64,000 bases of DNA from Felis catus. Lineage: Eukaryota. The stretch spans positions 117,244,001 to 117,308,000 of the forward strand of contig NC_058373.1 in the NCBI RefSeq assembly GCF_018350175.1. The letters are read 5' to 3'. Below the pieces are notes generated by a model. That model was not told where the DNA came from. It made no database searches and was given only the letters and a program-made list of their open reading frames with translations. Of the stretch, positions 34,823-48,945 are shown piece after piece. The first letter of the stretch is position 1. Every line of letters begins with the position of its first letter. Both the position numbers and the translations under genes were made by a program.

Positions 34823-36518
34823 GCTTGGAAAATGTTTTATCCCCATTGCCACCAGGGCAGGCTGCATAAGCTGCGGCTTATGTGTGCATGCCAGACACGT
34901 GCATGGGTTTATCAGGAAAAGCTATTGAATTGATGTGTCAGGGGGAAGAGGGTGGTGATGGGAAAGAAAGCCCCACCGACAGGCCTCAGTGTTAGGCTCT
35001 GGTTTTTAGCTGTGGCTCCTTTGGCAACTACTCCTTAACCCCCTCAGCTCTCTTGCCCACTAGGCCCTGAATTGAGGAGAGCTCAGACTATGCTGCTCCC
35101 CTTCAACTTGACTGTCTCCATCATTTCCCTCCTCGCCCTTGTGTTCTTTTCTCACAAGCCTGACTCAGACCTAGTTTTTGCCTGTTTGTTTTCTTTTGCT
35201 CACAGACTATTCTCTTGGGCCAGATTCCTACCCCCGCCCCCCAATCGTCTTATTCTGTCTCCTCAAATGTTTTTTTTTTCAATGCAATCTTGCCAAAAGC
35301 TATTTTAGGGTTTGACTGTGGCTTTTTGGCATCATTATCTCACTGGGTCTAGTTTGGAGGTTCCTCTGGGATCTCTTGCTGGAGTCGTCTCTTTTGAGGA
35401 TTTCCCAGTCTATATCAGAAGCATTAAAAAAAAAAAATCGTCACTTTGTCCTGGGGAGAATGTTATTTTCTCCATTCAGATATTTGAAAATCTTAATGCT
35501 CTACAACTAGAGTTTTATTTTGTAAGGGATATTCTCTGGTAAGCTGCCAATGGCAACCTATAATACGAAGTTCCATATGCCCCTTTGGGTTCAACTGTAA
35601 TCTTTATGAGATAATTTCATCCCCTTTTTTCTTGCTGTGTAACTGAAATCCTCAAGAGCAAAGAAACTTTTGTATCCCTCCCACATCCCAGAACTAGCTT
35701 GGAGTTTGGCCTCAGGCAACAACCAACTAACAGTGCCTTGAAGATAATCCTCTGGGGAGTTAATTAAGATAGACTGAATAATTTAAGGGGCAGTTCTGGT
35801 GAGCGAAATAGAGAAGAGCATTTTGGGTTCAAGGGTTGATGCGTCCCCTTTTTCATTATTTCAACTCTTACCTCTACTTTCTTGATGAACGTTAAAGAAA
35901 AATAAACCTATTTTATAGATTTGATAGCGTTAATTAATTTTGGTGCTTCCTATGGGCTCGCCTTTGGGCTGGGCTCCATGGAAGTTTGAGTTGTAATTAC
36001 GCAGTAAGCTTTCAAATTGTACAATAAAATCCTAGTCAGTTTTCAAGATCCATCCCAGAGGCCACCATCTCCAGGAAGTCTGACCAAACTCTTCTTTGGG
36101 TTTGGTCACTCCCTCATCCCTACCCCATACAACTTTCTACACAGCTACATTACAGTTCTTCAGATATCATCTTATATCTATTCATTTACCCGTTTTACCC
36201 CCTCCCACATCCACTAAGGTTATTGTCTCTACTTTATCCTGAAGTCTCTTCTCATCTACAGTGACTAATGCTCCATCCACTAGAAATGGTACTAACTCCT
36301 TTCCATAAAGACCACACATAGTTGTTCTAGGATTGCCTGGAATTATAGGCTAATACGTCAGTGTTGGGGCTTCAGAGTTAATCCAACAGACGCATTTCAA
36401 TTTTCCTTGGTTCTATGTGCACCAACTTAGTCGTTAATTAAATCTCTGGGTCAGAAATTGTAGCAAGAATGTGCCATTTAATATGCTTCCCACATATTTT
36501 TAAAATAGTTTAACTTTT

Positions 36519-36742
36519 GGGGCGCCTGGGTGGCGCAGTCGGTTAAGCGTCCGACTTTAGCCAGGTCACGATCTCGTGGTCCGTGAGTTCGAGCCCCGCG
36601 TCGGGCTCTGGGCCGATGGCTCAGAGCCTGGAGCCTGTTTCCGATTCTGTGTCTCCCTCTCTCTCTCTGCCCCTCGCCCGTTCATGCTCTGTCTCTCTCT
36701 GTCCCAAAAATAAATAAAAAATGTTGAAAAAAAAATAAAAAA
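36519..36742 (+). mobile_element. Young feline CAN-SINE
   Basis: Near-consensus; perfect 17-bp TSD aaaatagtttaactttt. Confidence 0.96.
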
Positions 36743-38723
36743 AAAATAGTTTAACTTTTTTGCCTGTGTTTCTCGTACATGTGCCGTGATTGAGTTGCTC
36801 TCTTATCCCTTGACCTTGCCAACAACTAGGGCAGGATCAAAGTCTTGTAGTTCTCTCTATGGCATTTAACACAATGTCACAAAAACTTTGGCCTTAAGTA
36901 CTTCTTCTTATGATAAGCTTCCTGGGACTTCGGTGTCTCGAAGAACTTTCTGGCCTGTGGGGCAGGAGATTCACTTGATTCTAGACCTGGCACAGACTCT
37001 CATTTGCTGCCGCTGTGGGGGTTCACCTAAAGATGTGGGCCTCAGTTTCCTCGGCTGTGAAGTGCGAGGATGGGTTTCTCAGCAAGCTCCCTTCCGGCTC
37101 TAAACTTATCCGAGTTCCCCCTTTCCCTTGTTCTGTATCTGCCACTTTCTGGAATATCTTTTGTATTTAATACAATAAGTTTGTCCTCACTTTGAAAGGT
37201 GTTTATGACATGAGAAAGAGGTGGGAAATAGTTAACATAAATGCATTCTGAGCAGCCTAATACTTTTTTTCCTGCCAAACTTCTCTTTCCTCCTCTTCCC
37301 CCGATATTTTTTTGGGGGTGGGTGGACGGGTGGGTGGCTTTTGCGATATTGATATTCAGAGGAGAGTAGAGCATGCAGGACTGCAAGGGTTCATAACAGA
37401 TGGTTATATGGTGCCATTTTAGGAGGGTTATTATAAATAACACATCTATTTTCCTGAATAGTAGGATGTCTTAAGTGTTGAGGCTTCACCCTACTATTGA
37501 AATAGAAAGAGGAGGAGGAATCAAGGAAACACCTAGCTAGAACATTTTTGCATGATCTCAACTTTCTTATTGTTCCTGAGCATCTTAATTTGGATAGTGG
37601 TGTGTTTTTGAGACTGAATGCAAGGAAATTCATTGCACCATTTTCTGGCACTCATCTCCCTTCCCTAAATGCTGCTTTGCTGGAGCTGCTTCCTCCCTGG
37701 CCTGCGTGAGCTTGTCTGCCCATATCCCAGCTGCAGTCGGTTGGCACAACCTTTCTCCCGGGGAATTGTATGGTGCTCCGGGTGGATGTAATTCACGTAC
37801 CCGCTATCCCCAAAGGGAGAAGCAGTCTCTGCATTGGTAACTACAAAGAAGGAAGTGACCTTGTATCCCCGCTGTAGAGTGAATATATCGTTTACGTTAG
37901 GTGTTCAATAAGATATTTTTTACCTCGAGGATAACGGAGACAGGAAGTAAAGAAATTTGTCAAGCTTCTTTAGGATAGCAACCTTTGAACATGTTTTGCT
38001 CTGTGAATTGGAATATGCTGCCCATCAAATTGTCACTTCAGTGATCACCATACACACATTTGGTTACATTAATGTAATTGCTTTCCTTACATGCTAACTT
38101 GATAACCTGGTTCCTTGAAAGATATTACCCCATGTAATATCCAAGGGAAATGGAAAGAGGATGCCTTAGAATGTTACTGCTCTCGGTGTCATGTGAGTTC
38201 CAACCCCTGATTTAGTGCCCTTTATCTGTTCACCTCCAACCCTGCATGCTTTTCAATAAAAGAAAATGCATTTGGGTTGCCATAGCTCACGGACATCAGT
38301 GAGGGGGCACGCCGAAACTTGAGAGGACCCCCAGATTCTCAAACACCACTAACTGGGTTGGAACCACTGGAGGTCGAGCTGGATTTCCTCAGTGGTTTTA
38401 TTCCCATTTTTGCCAGGGGCCTTACCCATGTTGTGTCATAAGATACTTTCTACAGCACTGTATGGTAGGTATTAACACGAGTATAAACTTTATACTCTAA
38501 GCATAGGAACCACAGGTATGGAATCCTCAGATGCCAAGGGTCTGCTAGATGCCCTGAACGAAAAGGTAAGTTCTGTCATCTGTTATGGAAAACTAGAATG
38601 CAAGTGCAAAATGGACCGAGACCTCCATGGGGAGAGAGAAGTTTGATGCCTTTCTAGCAGCATCCCCAAAATGCACATTATGAGTACACCAAAGGGAAGG
38701 GATAATGTCCTCATCACTCTTCC

Positions 38724-39212
38724 TGTGGTAGAATTACATTTGCATCCTTCCTGCTAGAAACGTACTTCACTGCAGTGGGTCTTTACCTGTGTTTTTCTTT
38801 TTTGGAGGGAGAGTCCTTCTATTTCGTGCACCGAAATGGCCAGATACTCCATCTCTCTGCCCCCTGGCAGCTAGATCAGGGGTATGTCATGACTTGGGCT
38901 TCGCCAGTTGGTACTCTTCTTCTGCACTTTGGAGCTGGGGCATGTGCTGCAGAGATCAAAGGACACCCGAGCAAGATTCTAAGGCAGCGGTGTTGACAGG
39001 CAGTGAGAGAAGCAGCACGGGGTCCAGGGTGCCACCACTGTCCGCCAGACCTTGTGTGGGTAGTTCCTGGAGTAGCCACCCTGAGTTTCTGCCTGGTTTT
39101 CTAACACTTCCATCATTTCTCTTTTCTTCAGCGTTCTTCCAACGCATGCCTTTTCTGCTTAAGGTAGCCAGACTGAACTCCTGTGGCTCACAACCAATGA
39201 CCTTGTATAATT
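38724..39212 (+). mobile_element. ERVL solo LTR (LTR33-like)
   Basis: ctgccccctggcagctag...tgtcatgacttgggct...; terminal ccttttctgcttaaggtagccagactgaactcctgtggctcacaaccaa. Confidence 0.6.
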
Positions 39213-42200
39213 CTGTCACAGAATACTGTGTGGCTTTGCTTACTCACCTGGCATGAATTACCTTCTGCTCAGGCAGTTTAGAGACATCCGTAGTCCATAT
39301 GGATCACTGTTAATTTCACTTTTTATGGTGAAAACTTGTTCCAGGTGGGAAAGCATGATTATTTTGGCTTGATTTTAAGAAGCAGAAAACAAAGGAAAAG
39401 AAATACTGTGTTGGCACCGAGCATTAAACTATAAGGAAATAAAGCTCTTAATGGGTAGACTTTTAGCTAAGCCCCACAGGTTTATTTGTTTGTTTATGTT
39501 TTCTGCCTATTCATTCAACAAAAGGAACTAGGGAAATTCATGGCAAGGGGAAAATAAAGCATCGAAGAGGATACAAATATTGAATAAGGTATTGGAAACC
39601 CAAACACTTAGATCTTTAACATTCATTATGAGGTTACTTCACATTTCTAAGGCAGATTTTTTTCCCCACCACTTGGTATTCTGTGCGTACACTTACATAT
39701 TTAAATAATACATTTTAAAAATCCCATAAAAAATGGTCAAGTTTTTTTTCCCCATTTGACTCGCAGTTATTTCACTTCGATGAGACTCGTTAAGGAAACC
39801 ATTTAGAGTTGTAAATGCCACCAAGTCATTCCAAAGTAAAGATTAGAAATTCTCTCATCAATCGCTAGTCAAAAAGGTCCTGACATTTCTCTATGGATTT
39901 GGCCCATGTGATTATTTACCAGTGACCATCCGACCTCCGTGCGAAGCTGCTCCCCCTCGAAGGGGCATGGTCTTTGCACAAGGTAGAGCGACACTTCATG
40001 GGTACCAGCAGCCATAACAGTTTCTTGAAAAGCAAATCAGATTCGCATGTACTTGAGTGCTGGGTAAGATGTTTTGTAGGCAGAAAAGGAACTATACCCT
40101 ACTATCATTTCAGCTCTTATACATCAAATCTTCTTATAAGTTTAAAAAGGCTTTATAATCATTTCAATTAGTGCTTTCTCACCAAGCCCTGGGTGGGACA
40201 TGACTGGCACATTTTTCTAAGAAAACGTAGTTAATGCCGCATTTATGACATGGAATTGACACAAGATGCTAATTGGTGGGGAGCTGATAATAGCAGCAGA
40301 GTGATGGCAGAACACTGTTTCCATAGCCTGGTGCACCGGACTGTTTCCCCCATTTTTATAGGCTTAGGTAGTGGGGAGGGAAGGAGCTAATGACTATGAT
40401 TTTTACAGTAAAAAGGGAAGACAGGATTTCCAAAAGCATCATTAGAAATGTCAACATAAGCCTGTTTCAGAATTAAAGCAGTGTATCTCAAAACTCGCCC
40501 CTGTAATGAAGCACCCAGCTGGTAACCAGCATCTGAGATCACATTTGGATGTGCCCCTTTCCAGAATGGCTGTGGGTGCTGGCTTCTTGTCTTCATCTGA
40601 GGATTTTCAGCTGGGCTTCTGAGCAGGCTGGACCCTGAGCCTGGGTTGAGGAGTGAGCCAGGCATAGGATTTTGAGGCCCTTTGCAGTGGGCTGCTGGCA
40701 GACCTGTCTTTATCTTTCATTCATAGGCATGAACTAGACTCCAGCCGCCTTTCCTTTAACTTGAGAGAGGTTATTTGACCATTCTAACTCTTGCTGTGTG
40801 AAAAGTGCAATGGTTCTTGTCAAGACATAACAAACTATATTTGAACATTGCTTTATCATTTACTGTTATATGCAGTTGATAAGTGCTATGGGGCAAAGAC
40901 CTGCCATTCTCTATTCACATCATAAGCAAATGTGCAGAGACCAGGGTGTATTCTGAGTCTGTATGGTTGATCACAGCCCTCACCTAGAGTTTCTGGAGCT
41001 ATTCCCTCAGTCAGTAGACCATGACGTGGCACAGGAAGGGAACAACACCCAACTGAAGAGTGTTAACACATGTCTTTAGTGCCCTGATCCTCATTTTGCT
41101 GACTCATCTGTGACTCTGGAATCTTCATGTAGATTCCATCACCCTGAGGACCCGGTTTAGGAATATGGCTCCTCACTTCTCCCAAGGTTGTCTCTGTCCT
41201 TGGTCTGTAGCACCAGAGCTGCTGCGTCCATCAGCCTCTGACGGTCCTCAACCCTCTCCCTGGTCAGGGGCCAGTCACACTGCCCCAGTGAGCCTGTAGG
41301 GAGAACTCTGAGTTTCCACCCCTCTTTGCAGGAGTTGATCTCTAGGTAATATCATAGGCTCTCGAAAGCTGCAGACAGACGTGTCTGCTAAGTCTCCATT
41401 GTCATCCATGGTTCTCCTTGAGCTTGTCCTCTACTGGGCAGTGAGGAAAGGGTCAAAGGCCTTGACTCCAAGCGACTTCTCATACTCTCCAAAGATGTCC
41501 TAAATGTGTGCCTCTACGAGCCATCAATTCTTGTTAGCTGTGGACTTGGGTTCTTCCAGCATGTGGCATCAACCCTGCCATCTTTGTGTGCCCTACATCT
41601 CTGTATGTCCTGCGTAGGACCTTGGGACTCATGGTAAACTTCAGTGCTGGAAGTAACTTCCAGTACCATGCTCCATATGGCTTCTCATCAAATTACATTC
41701 CTAGATTATATATTTTACACTAAAATAATCTCCCAAGGTATCTAGGACCATACTGGATCCTAAATAAAATGCTTGTTAACAGTGTCACCTCCATTTAGTA
41801 TATATTGAAATAACTTTTTCTCCCCCAGTGTTCCCCTCTTGAACTGTACTTTGAGGGGCCACTCAGCCAGGACTTTCTGCGAGAGAATTGGTATATTTAG
41901 CAGTCATCAGATAGTTACTGTTATGGTGCTGAGTTTTTAGAAACCTGTTAATTGTACTAGCTTAAACCTAAATTACATGTTCCTGTCTTCATATGGTGAT
42001 GATGATGATTTTATAAATGCTGGTTGGATAGCACTGTAATTAGTGGGCACCGGCTTCTATTTTGGTAACAATTTATTCTTATACCACATTTGAGAGGTTT
42101 CTCTTTCCTGTGGTCACAAAGAGGTAAAAAAAAAAAAATGACATCCTTTTTAATAAGGCATCCCAAGCAGCCTGAGTACCTATGAATTATAAATGAAAAC

Positions 42201-43616
42201 TTTTCAGTGATTAAAATAAATATACTGATGCAGTCCCCTTTTCTGCGTCATTGCTTCACTAGGCCTGCATGAAAATCACTCAGAGGAAGTCCCATGGGTC
42301 TCTGAGATCACCTCCATCTGGTTCATGCATTTCTCTGAAGTAAATCAGAGGGAATTAAGGACAGTGGCATTTTGGCTGGCTTGAGGAGAGGTGTTCTTTC
42401 TTCCAGCGGAGCCATCAGCCCCTTACTGATGGTTAGGTAGGGCCCTGTGGTCCAGCTCTTCATGGACTCGTGTTTGTAGCTATGGTCTCACAATGTAGCT
42501 CGGTCCACATTTTGTTGCCTCAGTAATCAATTTCCATTTAATGTTCAAAGATGATTCCATTCCATTCCTTTCCCAGGTAAGGCTTTATTTAGTAGCGACA
42601 GTTGAGGGCAGGTGCTGGGGCAGGTGAATTAAGGGCTCCTTTAATTTATGACCACAAGAGACCCTTGTGGAACCTTGAAGGCTGTCACTCTCAAATAAGA
42701 GCCAAACGCAATCCCAGATGGATACTAATCAACATAAATGAATTGCATTTGCAGGAATCCTTCTTTCCCACTTCTCAGTACAAAGCTCCTGCTGACATCA
42801 GGGGCCACTGGGTGAGAAGTGGGTAGTAGGGAAAGTTCTTGAAGACCATAATGACATACATGAGGGCAAAGAAAGAGAGGCCTGGATAAAGAAGAAAACT
42901 TTATCCTAGCTTTGTTTATTCCTCCCTGCCCTCCATTTGCCTTTTATTTGATTGGTTGTTGATTAAATGACATTAATGTCTGTTGCAGAATTGTGCATGA
43001 GAGACTACTGGTCTTTTACTGTTCACGTTGGAAATGAAAGGTTATGAGCATAAGTTCTGAAATGGCCCATTTGCCAACAATTAATGACTTTTGGGGAGCA
43101 ATTAATGTCAAGGTGAAAGCAATGAACCCTTCAGCAAAATGGACAGTGGTTTCGAGCTAAGGGAAAATTCAGCCTTTCATAGACTTTTCTCCTATCAAAA
43201 CATCTCTTTAAGGTCCAATATCTAATAGTTTTGATATTGTATTTCAGATATCTAACTTATTTAGGGTTTTTTTTGGGAAGGTTTATTTAGATTTTTAAGT
43301 CACACTTTTCTCTCAACAATGTATATAACCAAAGTAATGCAGGAAAGATAGTGCTTAATAAAATCCGTGTTTAATGTCAGTAATATTTATTGTCATCAGA
43401 TTAGAACCAAGTTAATATCAGATTAGTAAGTGGCATCTCAGTCACAAGACTTTTAGGGATGTGAGGTAAGGAAGACAAAAGAAATGGTAGAAACAACTGG
43501 ATTCATCTTTGGAGAATCTCAAAATCATCAGTGAGACATTGGCAGAACAGGGAAATTATTTCTGAATCTTGAGCCAATGATGCCCCCTGATCAGATCATT
43601 TGGCCATTATGTGTTT

Positions 43617-43824
43617 AAATTTGTTTTCATGTTTATTTATTTTTGAGAGAGAGAGACAGAGTGTGAGTGGGGGAGAGAGGGAGACACAGAATCCGAAGCA
43701 GGCTTCAGGCTCTGAGCTGTTAGTACAGAGCCCGATGCGGGGCTCGAACTCACAAATGGTGAGATCATGACCTGAGCCAAAGTCGGATACTTAACTGACT
43801 GAGCCATGCAGGTGCAGGTGCCCC
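43617..43824 (-). mobile_element. CAN-SINE
   Basis: TSD tggccattat; 6-bp duplication gcaggt in the head. Confidence 0.93.
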
Positions 43825-43905
43825 TGGCCATTATATTTTTAGAAAACCATCATGCTTCTTGGTGTATTTGTCTAGAAAACCTTTGCCTACAAAAATTAGA
43901 GAAAA

Positions 43906-44161
43906 ATTGCTGATGGTTGCCAGAGGCAGGGAGGTTGGGCCAAATTACTGAAGGTGAGAGGGAGATCCAGGCTTCCATATGGAATGAAGAAGTTATGAGA
44001 ATAAAAGGCACAGCATAAGGAATATAGTCACTGATATTGTGATAGCAAGGTGTGGTGACAGATGGTTGCTACACTTGTGAGCATAGCAAATATATAAACT
44101 TGTCCAATCACTATGTTGTCAACCTGAAACTAATATGACATTCTGTATCAACTACCTTAAA
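43906..44161 (+). mobile_element. 5'-truncated carnivore L1 3' end
   Basis: tgatggttgccagagg...aggaatatagtca...aatcactatgttgtcaacctgaaactaatat; TSD aaaaattagagaaaa. Confidence 0.9.
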
Positions 44162-44529
44162 AAAAATTAGAGAAAAGTTACAACCATAATAAATTGGTCT
44201 CAATTGCGTAGATCATGAGACTACTCTCTTTCCATTTCTTTCTACGTGATGTTATTTCCATTACTGCCCACTTAACCAAGGTTTGGGAGTCATAACTGAC
44301 AAAAAATCTAAAGCTATTAGGCCCTTAAGGGAAAGTTTACAGAGTTACATCATCTGTTTTTAAGTTCCTTTCCTCCAGTGGACCTTGCCACACCCGCAGA
44401 ACATTCTCTTGTTTGAACTCACAGATTAACAGTTGGAAGATGGATGTATTTTTGAGCCTTGAGTTTTTACTTTTGCTCTTTTCAGCCTTTTATGATGCAA
44501 GAATGCTTTGGAATGACTTGAAATAGCAT

Positions 44530-45500
44530 TCTTCATTCATTCATAATTTATTGGAAATCTATTCGGAGCAAGGTATTGTGCTAGATTTGAGGTAGAGGAG
44601 AAGTGGTTCATTCACTCAGCAAATATTTGTTGTGCACACATGATGTGGCTAAGAACTAGGAATGGTGGAAAGCAAAAGATATTGTTCCCGCCCTCCTGGA
44701 GTTGAGTTTAGTACAGGAGACACCTTTACATCAAAAATCACACACGTATATACACATACAACTACAGTGTGTGATATGAGCTATAAAATAAAAGAATCAC
44801 ATTATCTAGGAGCAAAGGGCTTCTATGAGTAAGCAATATTTAAGAGAAGACTGAAGGACAAGGAGAGATTAACTTAGTAAGGGATGGGGTGCAGAACCGT
44901 ATTGCAGGTAGAGGCAGCTGCTGATGCTGGTGCTCAGTGGTGAGGGAGAGAAGCACAGTGTGTAGGGTCATGGCACTGGAGCCCAGAGAACAAGGGAGAG
45001 CCCAGGGTGAGACGAGTCTGGACTGGGAGGTGGGTGCAAGACCATGTAGGACCTGATAACCATTTTAAGAATTGGAGGTTTTATCCTAGGAACAGTGGGA
45101 AACTTTTGAATGGTTTTAAGAATGTAAAATGGATGGAACATGTTTTGTTATTTGCAAAGATCACTCTAGAACCATTAGAAGTGGTTGCAAGACCAGTTAG
45201 AACACTGTTGGGCACAGGTGGAAGGTGACAGTAACTCAGGTAGACATCATGGAGAAGGGAGCCATGGATGGATTCTAGAGATGTGGAAGAGGCAGAAGCA
45301 ATAGAACTTGGTATTTGTTGAATATGGTCTGGGAGATGGGTGTTGGCATCATCCCTGTTTCTAGCTAGCTTAGTAGGGTGAGCGATGGTACCATTAACTT
45401 AGGTAGAAAGCTAAGATAAAATAAGATTTGAGGGAAAAGCTGAGTTTTACTTCAGATACGTGGAGTTGGAACTGTTACATAGCGTTGTAAGAGTAAGCTA
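44530..45500 (-). mobile_element. L2 fragments (two 3' ends)
   Basis: ttcattcattcataatttattgg... and ttcattcactcagcaaatatttgttgtgcac...; continues ggaggttttatcctaggaacagtgggaaacttttgaatggttttaag. Confidence 0.75.
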
Positions 45501-45562
45501 TTGTTACATGGTCTTAAAAAAACGAATGGATGTTTAAAAATTTAAGATGGCTAGAGGTAGAG

Positions 45563-46092
45563 TGGTCTAGTTATCTCTATTGCATAACAAACACCCAACA
45601 GTTATGGTTCAAAGCAACATTTACTTTGCTCATGAATCTGCAATTTTGGTTGGCATTGGGGTAATAGCTGGTCTCTGCTTCCCTTGGTGTCAGTGGGGGT
45701 GTGGCCTGAACGCAGAAGGCTGAAATCGTCAGAAAGATGGCTCACTTCTATGCATGGCAGTTGATGCTAGCTGTTGGCTGGAACCTTAGCTGGGGCTGGG
45801 GCCAAAACACCTACACATGACTTTCCCATGTAGCTGTTGGGATTCTTGCCTGAGGTCGGTTGTCTGGGTTCCAGGGTGACTGTTATGTGAGTAGAGCGAG
45901 AGTCAGGCAGAGGTTCCATCATCTTCCATGACCTAGCCTCGGAAGTCATGCAGCATCACTTCTCTTCCCACTGCATTTTATTTATTGGAAGTGTCTCCCT
46001 AAGCCAGGCCATGTTTAAGAGGAGGAAACTTAGTCTACCTTTTGAGGGGAGGAGTACTGAAGAATTTGTAAATATGTCTTAAAACCACCACA
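45563..46092 (-). mobile_element. MaLR solo LTR (MLT1G/H-like)
   Basis: ctattgcataacaaacaccc...ttgctcatgaatctgcaatt...tgacctagcctcggaagtcatgcagcatcacttc...aaaaccaccaca. Confidence 0.8.
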
Positions 46093-46717
46093 TGGGGTAA
46101 GAGGTTAGGAGAAGAAAGCCAAAAGTATTCCAGAAGAAGGGAACAGGTTGAAGCAAAAAGTAGAAATTGTACTCAATAGAAGTGCTGCTGACTAAATTCA
46201 AGAATTCATGAAGGGCCATGAGTAGTGGCAAATACAGATTAAAAGAAAATTTGGGACCAAATCATAGTAGAGCCTAAATTTCTGCAAACCCATTGTGTTG
46301 GACCCTGAGACAGATGGTCAGAGTAGAATACAAGTTTATGTTTATTAAATAAAGATCAAAAGGTGATGTAACAGTTCAGTGGCTGACTGGCATAGATTAG
46401 GAATAATTCTACTTGATGATAAAATGATTCATGCCAATTAGTTCTGGTCTACAAATTTTGGATCCTGCCTGTGTCTCCAAATTTAAACTGCTCACATCTT
46501 CAAATCATTTTGTTTGGGCTTTGTGGTTTCCCTAATGCCAGTTGGAAATGTGAGTCAAAAAAAAAAGTATGCCGGGGGGGGGGTCCATTAGGAGGTGTTT
46601 CTCCTTTATCCTTTAGTGGATTAACTGTGGGAATCTTGGTCTTTCTGTTCCTCGTCGTGGCTTCAAATCCCTCCAGGTCACTATTGGACTACCTCAAATG
46701 GCCTGGATCAGGATGGG

Positions 46718-47108
46718 TGTAGTGGGTTGAATAATGTCTCTCCAAATTCATTTCCATTCAGAACCTGAGGATGTCACCTTATTTGGAAATAGGATCTTTG
46801 GGATAAAATTAGTTAAGGACCTCGTGGTGAAATCATCATGGGTTTTAGTGGACCCTAAATCCAATGACTGCTGCCCCTACATGAAAAGGGGAGTACACAG
46901 ACAAGAGGGAAGAAGGCCATGAGAAGATGGAGACAGAAGTAGGAGTTATATATCTATAAACCAAGAATTGCCAGGAACCACCAAAACCACAGGAGACAAG
47001 GAAGGATTCTGCCCTTGGGTCTTTGGAGGAGGCATAACCCCTATGAACACCTTGATTTCAGACTTCTGGCCTCCAGAACTGAGAGAATAAATTTCTGGGT
47101 TGGTTTGT

Positions 47109-47158
<50 letters not shown>

Positions 47159-47343
47159 GTTTTTTTCTTTTTTTTTCCTTTTTTTTAAAGTTCTTTTTAC
47201 TTTTCAATCTTTTTATTTGTGGTTTTTTTGTTTGTTTTTGTTTGGTTTGGGTTTTTTTTTTCATTTTCATTTTTTCTTTTTCTTTTTTCTTAAGCTGCCC
47301 AGTTTGTGGCAATTTGCAACGGCAGCCCGAGGAAAGTGATATA
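46718..47343 (+). mobile_element. MaLR solo LTR (MLT1C-like) with (TG)n/T-rich expansion at about 47105-47290
   Basis: tgtagtgggttgaata...ccttatttggaaatagg...caccttgatttcagacttctggcctccagaactgagagaataaatttc...aagctgcccagtttgtggcaattt. Confidence 0.88.
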
Positions 47344-48341
47344 AGAAATTTAAGCCAGGCATAGAAAATATGGGTGTTGGTTTTCCAGATGCACAACAGA
47401 GACCATTTTGAGTCTGTTGACAATTGTGTATCATTTTTATCACTGCTACCTTCAGAAAATCAGAGTCTAGCCTATTTCTTTCCTTAGTATAATGGGTAAA
47501 TATATCAGACTGGGAAAGGGGTAAGAGGAGTAGGTCATGGGCTCCACCAAAGTGCGCTCACAGAACTTGGGGCTGGCACGTTATCTACACTGGTGGATGG
47601 TCACAACAAAGGGAAGTATAGAATGAACACTCCCTTGTGTAACCTGATGGCTAACAGGGTTCATTCCATGCAGGAGGGGTTGCTGCTGTGTACAGAAGGA
47701 GGGAACCTGGTTCTTTATCTCTATTATGGTAAATAAGGAAGAAAGCAAGCCTTCCTATGGCAACGGGGGATTTTTAATGAAGTAAAGGAGACAGAAGAAA
47801 TGTCCCAATGGAGAATGAAGTGTGTCAAAAACAGATTGTGCGCGTAATTACTTTCTCAGACCTTCCTGACATTATCAGCAGGACTGGTGTTTTGATGAAA
47901 AAAAAAAAACTTAATTAAAACTTAATTTTTTTAAAAGTGGAAAATATTCTGCATGGTTACAGGAGGATTGAAATCAGGGCACTGTGTAATTTTAATTGCC
48001 TTCAAGAGATGCGCTCCACGAAGACTACCATGGGGAAAAGAAGCCCCAGGGACGAAATCAGAGGTGAGTTGCCATGTTGAATCTCCGGCAGTGGCAAGAT
48101 AGGTGGTGGCTGTGTGTTTGGGTGGGGTTTTTCCCACTCTCATGGGTGGCGGGATGTGAACTCAGTTCCCACTGTTGGGCACAGCAGCTCAGAGTGAGAG
48201 AGGCAGTGAATCTATTCTGGAGTGTACTGATCCAGACACACTTGGACAACACATTGTAATCACGTGCTGGTTTGTAAAAAATAAAATCTGTCCCCCTAGA
48301 AAGGGAAATCATAAGTTGAGGAGGTTAAATATGACACGAGG

Positions 48342-48485
48342 CAGCAGTTTTTAAATGCTGGTCTCTGAATCAGTTCTATCAGAATCATCTAGTTCCGGTT
48401 CATTACATCTTTTAGAATCTATGTGCTTCTATTTTTAAAATAAGCCTTCCCAGGGTACTCTGGGAGTCAGGTGTGGGAACCGCAG
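48342..48485. mobile_element. MER5-like DNA transposon remnant
   Basis: cagcagtttttaaatgctggtc...atcagaatcatct...tatttttaaaataagccttcccagggta...tgggaaccgc. Confidence 0.55.
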
Positions 48486-48714
48486 GCTTGTAGTAAAAGG
48501 AGGGTGGCCTCAAAATCAAGTCAGTATGGACTCTGCCCTTTACTCTTGTGTAGAGTCAAGCTGACTGCTTAGCCTCTTCCATCACTTTGGGGTAAGAAGC
48601 TTACCCGATGGGGTTTTGTGATCATCAAAGATCACATCGGTAAAGTGACTGAGACACAGTAAGTGATCTAAAAATGATAAAACTGTAGAAGAAGAGTTGA
48701 ATCGGGCTGCTTGC

Positions 48715-48945
48715 TAAATTGGGAGAGATAAGGCAGCTTTCTTCAAATATTTATAGGGCAGCTATGTGGAAGAGGTAACAAATTCATATTTTGTGGCCTT
48801 TCAAGGTCAGACTGAGGCCCAGCAGGTGGAAGTCACAGGGAGATGAATTGCAATGCAGTATTAAGTGGAGCTTTCTTATGAATGGTCTGGGGAATGACAT
48901 TGGCTCATTTCTGAGGGCGGTACGTTCCAAATCACTGGAACAATG
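48715..48945 (+). mobile_element. L3/CR1 LINE 3' fragment
   Basis: cttcaaatatttatagggcagctatgtggaagagg...ggtggaagtcacagggaga...gagctttct...tcactggaa. Confidence 0.65.

Noticed and set aside
38518..38571. ATG-MESSDAKGLLDALNEK followed by a strong donor AAG|gtaagt
   Set aside because: No convincing acceptor or promoter, and the peptide is not recognised; such donors occur by chance
47058..47423. Lys-rich and Phe/Val/Cys-rich ORFs
   Set aside because: Artefacts of the (TG)n and T-rich tracts inside an MLT1 LTR
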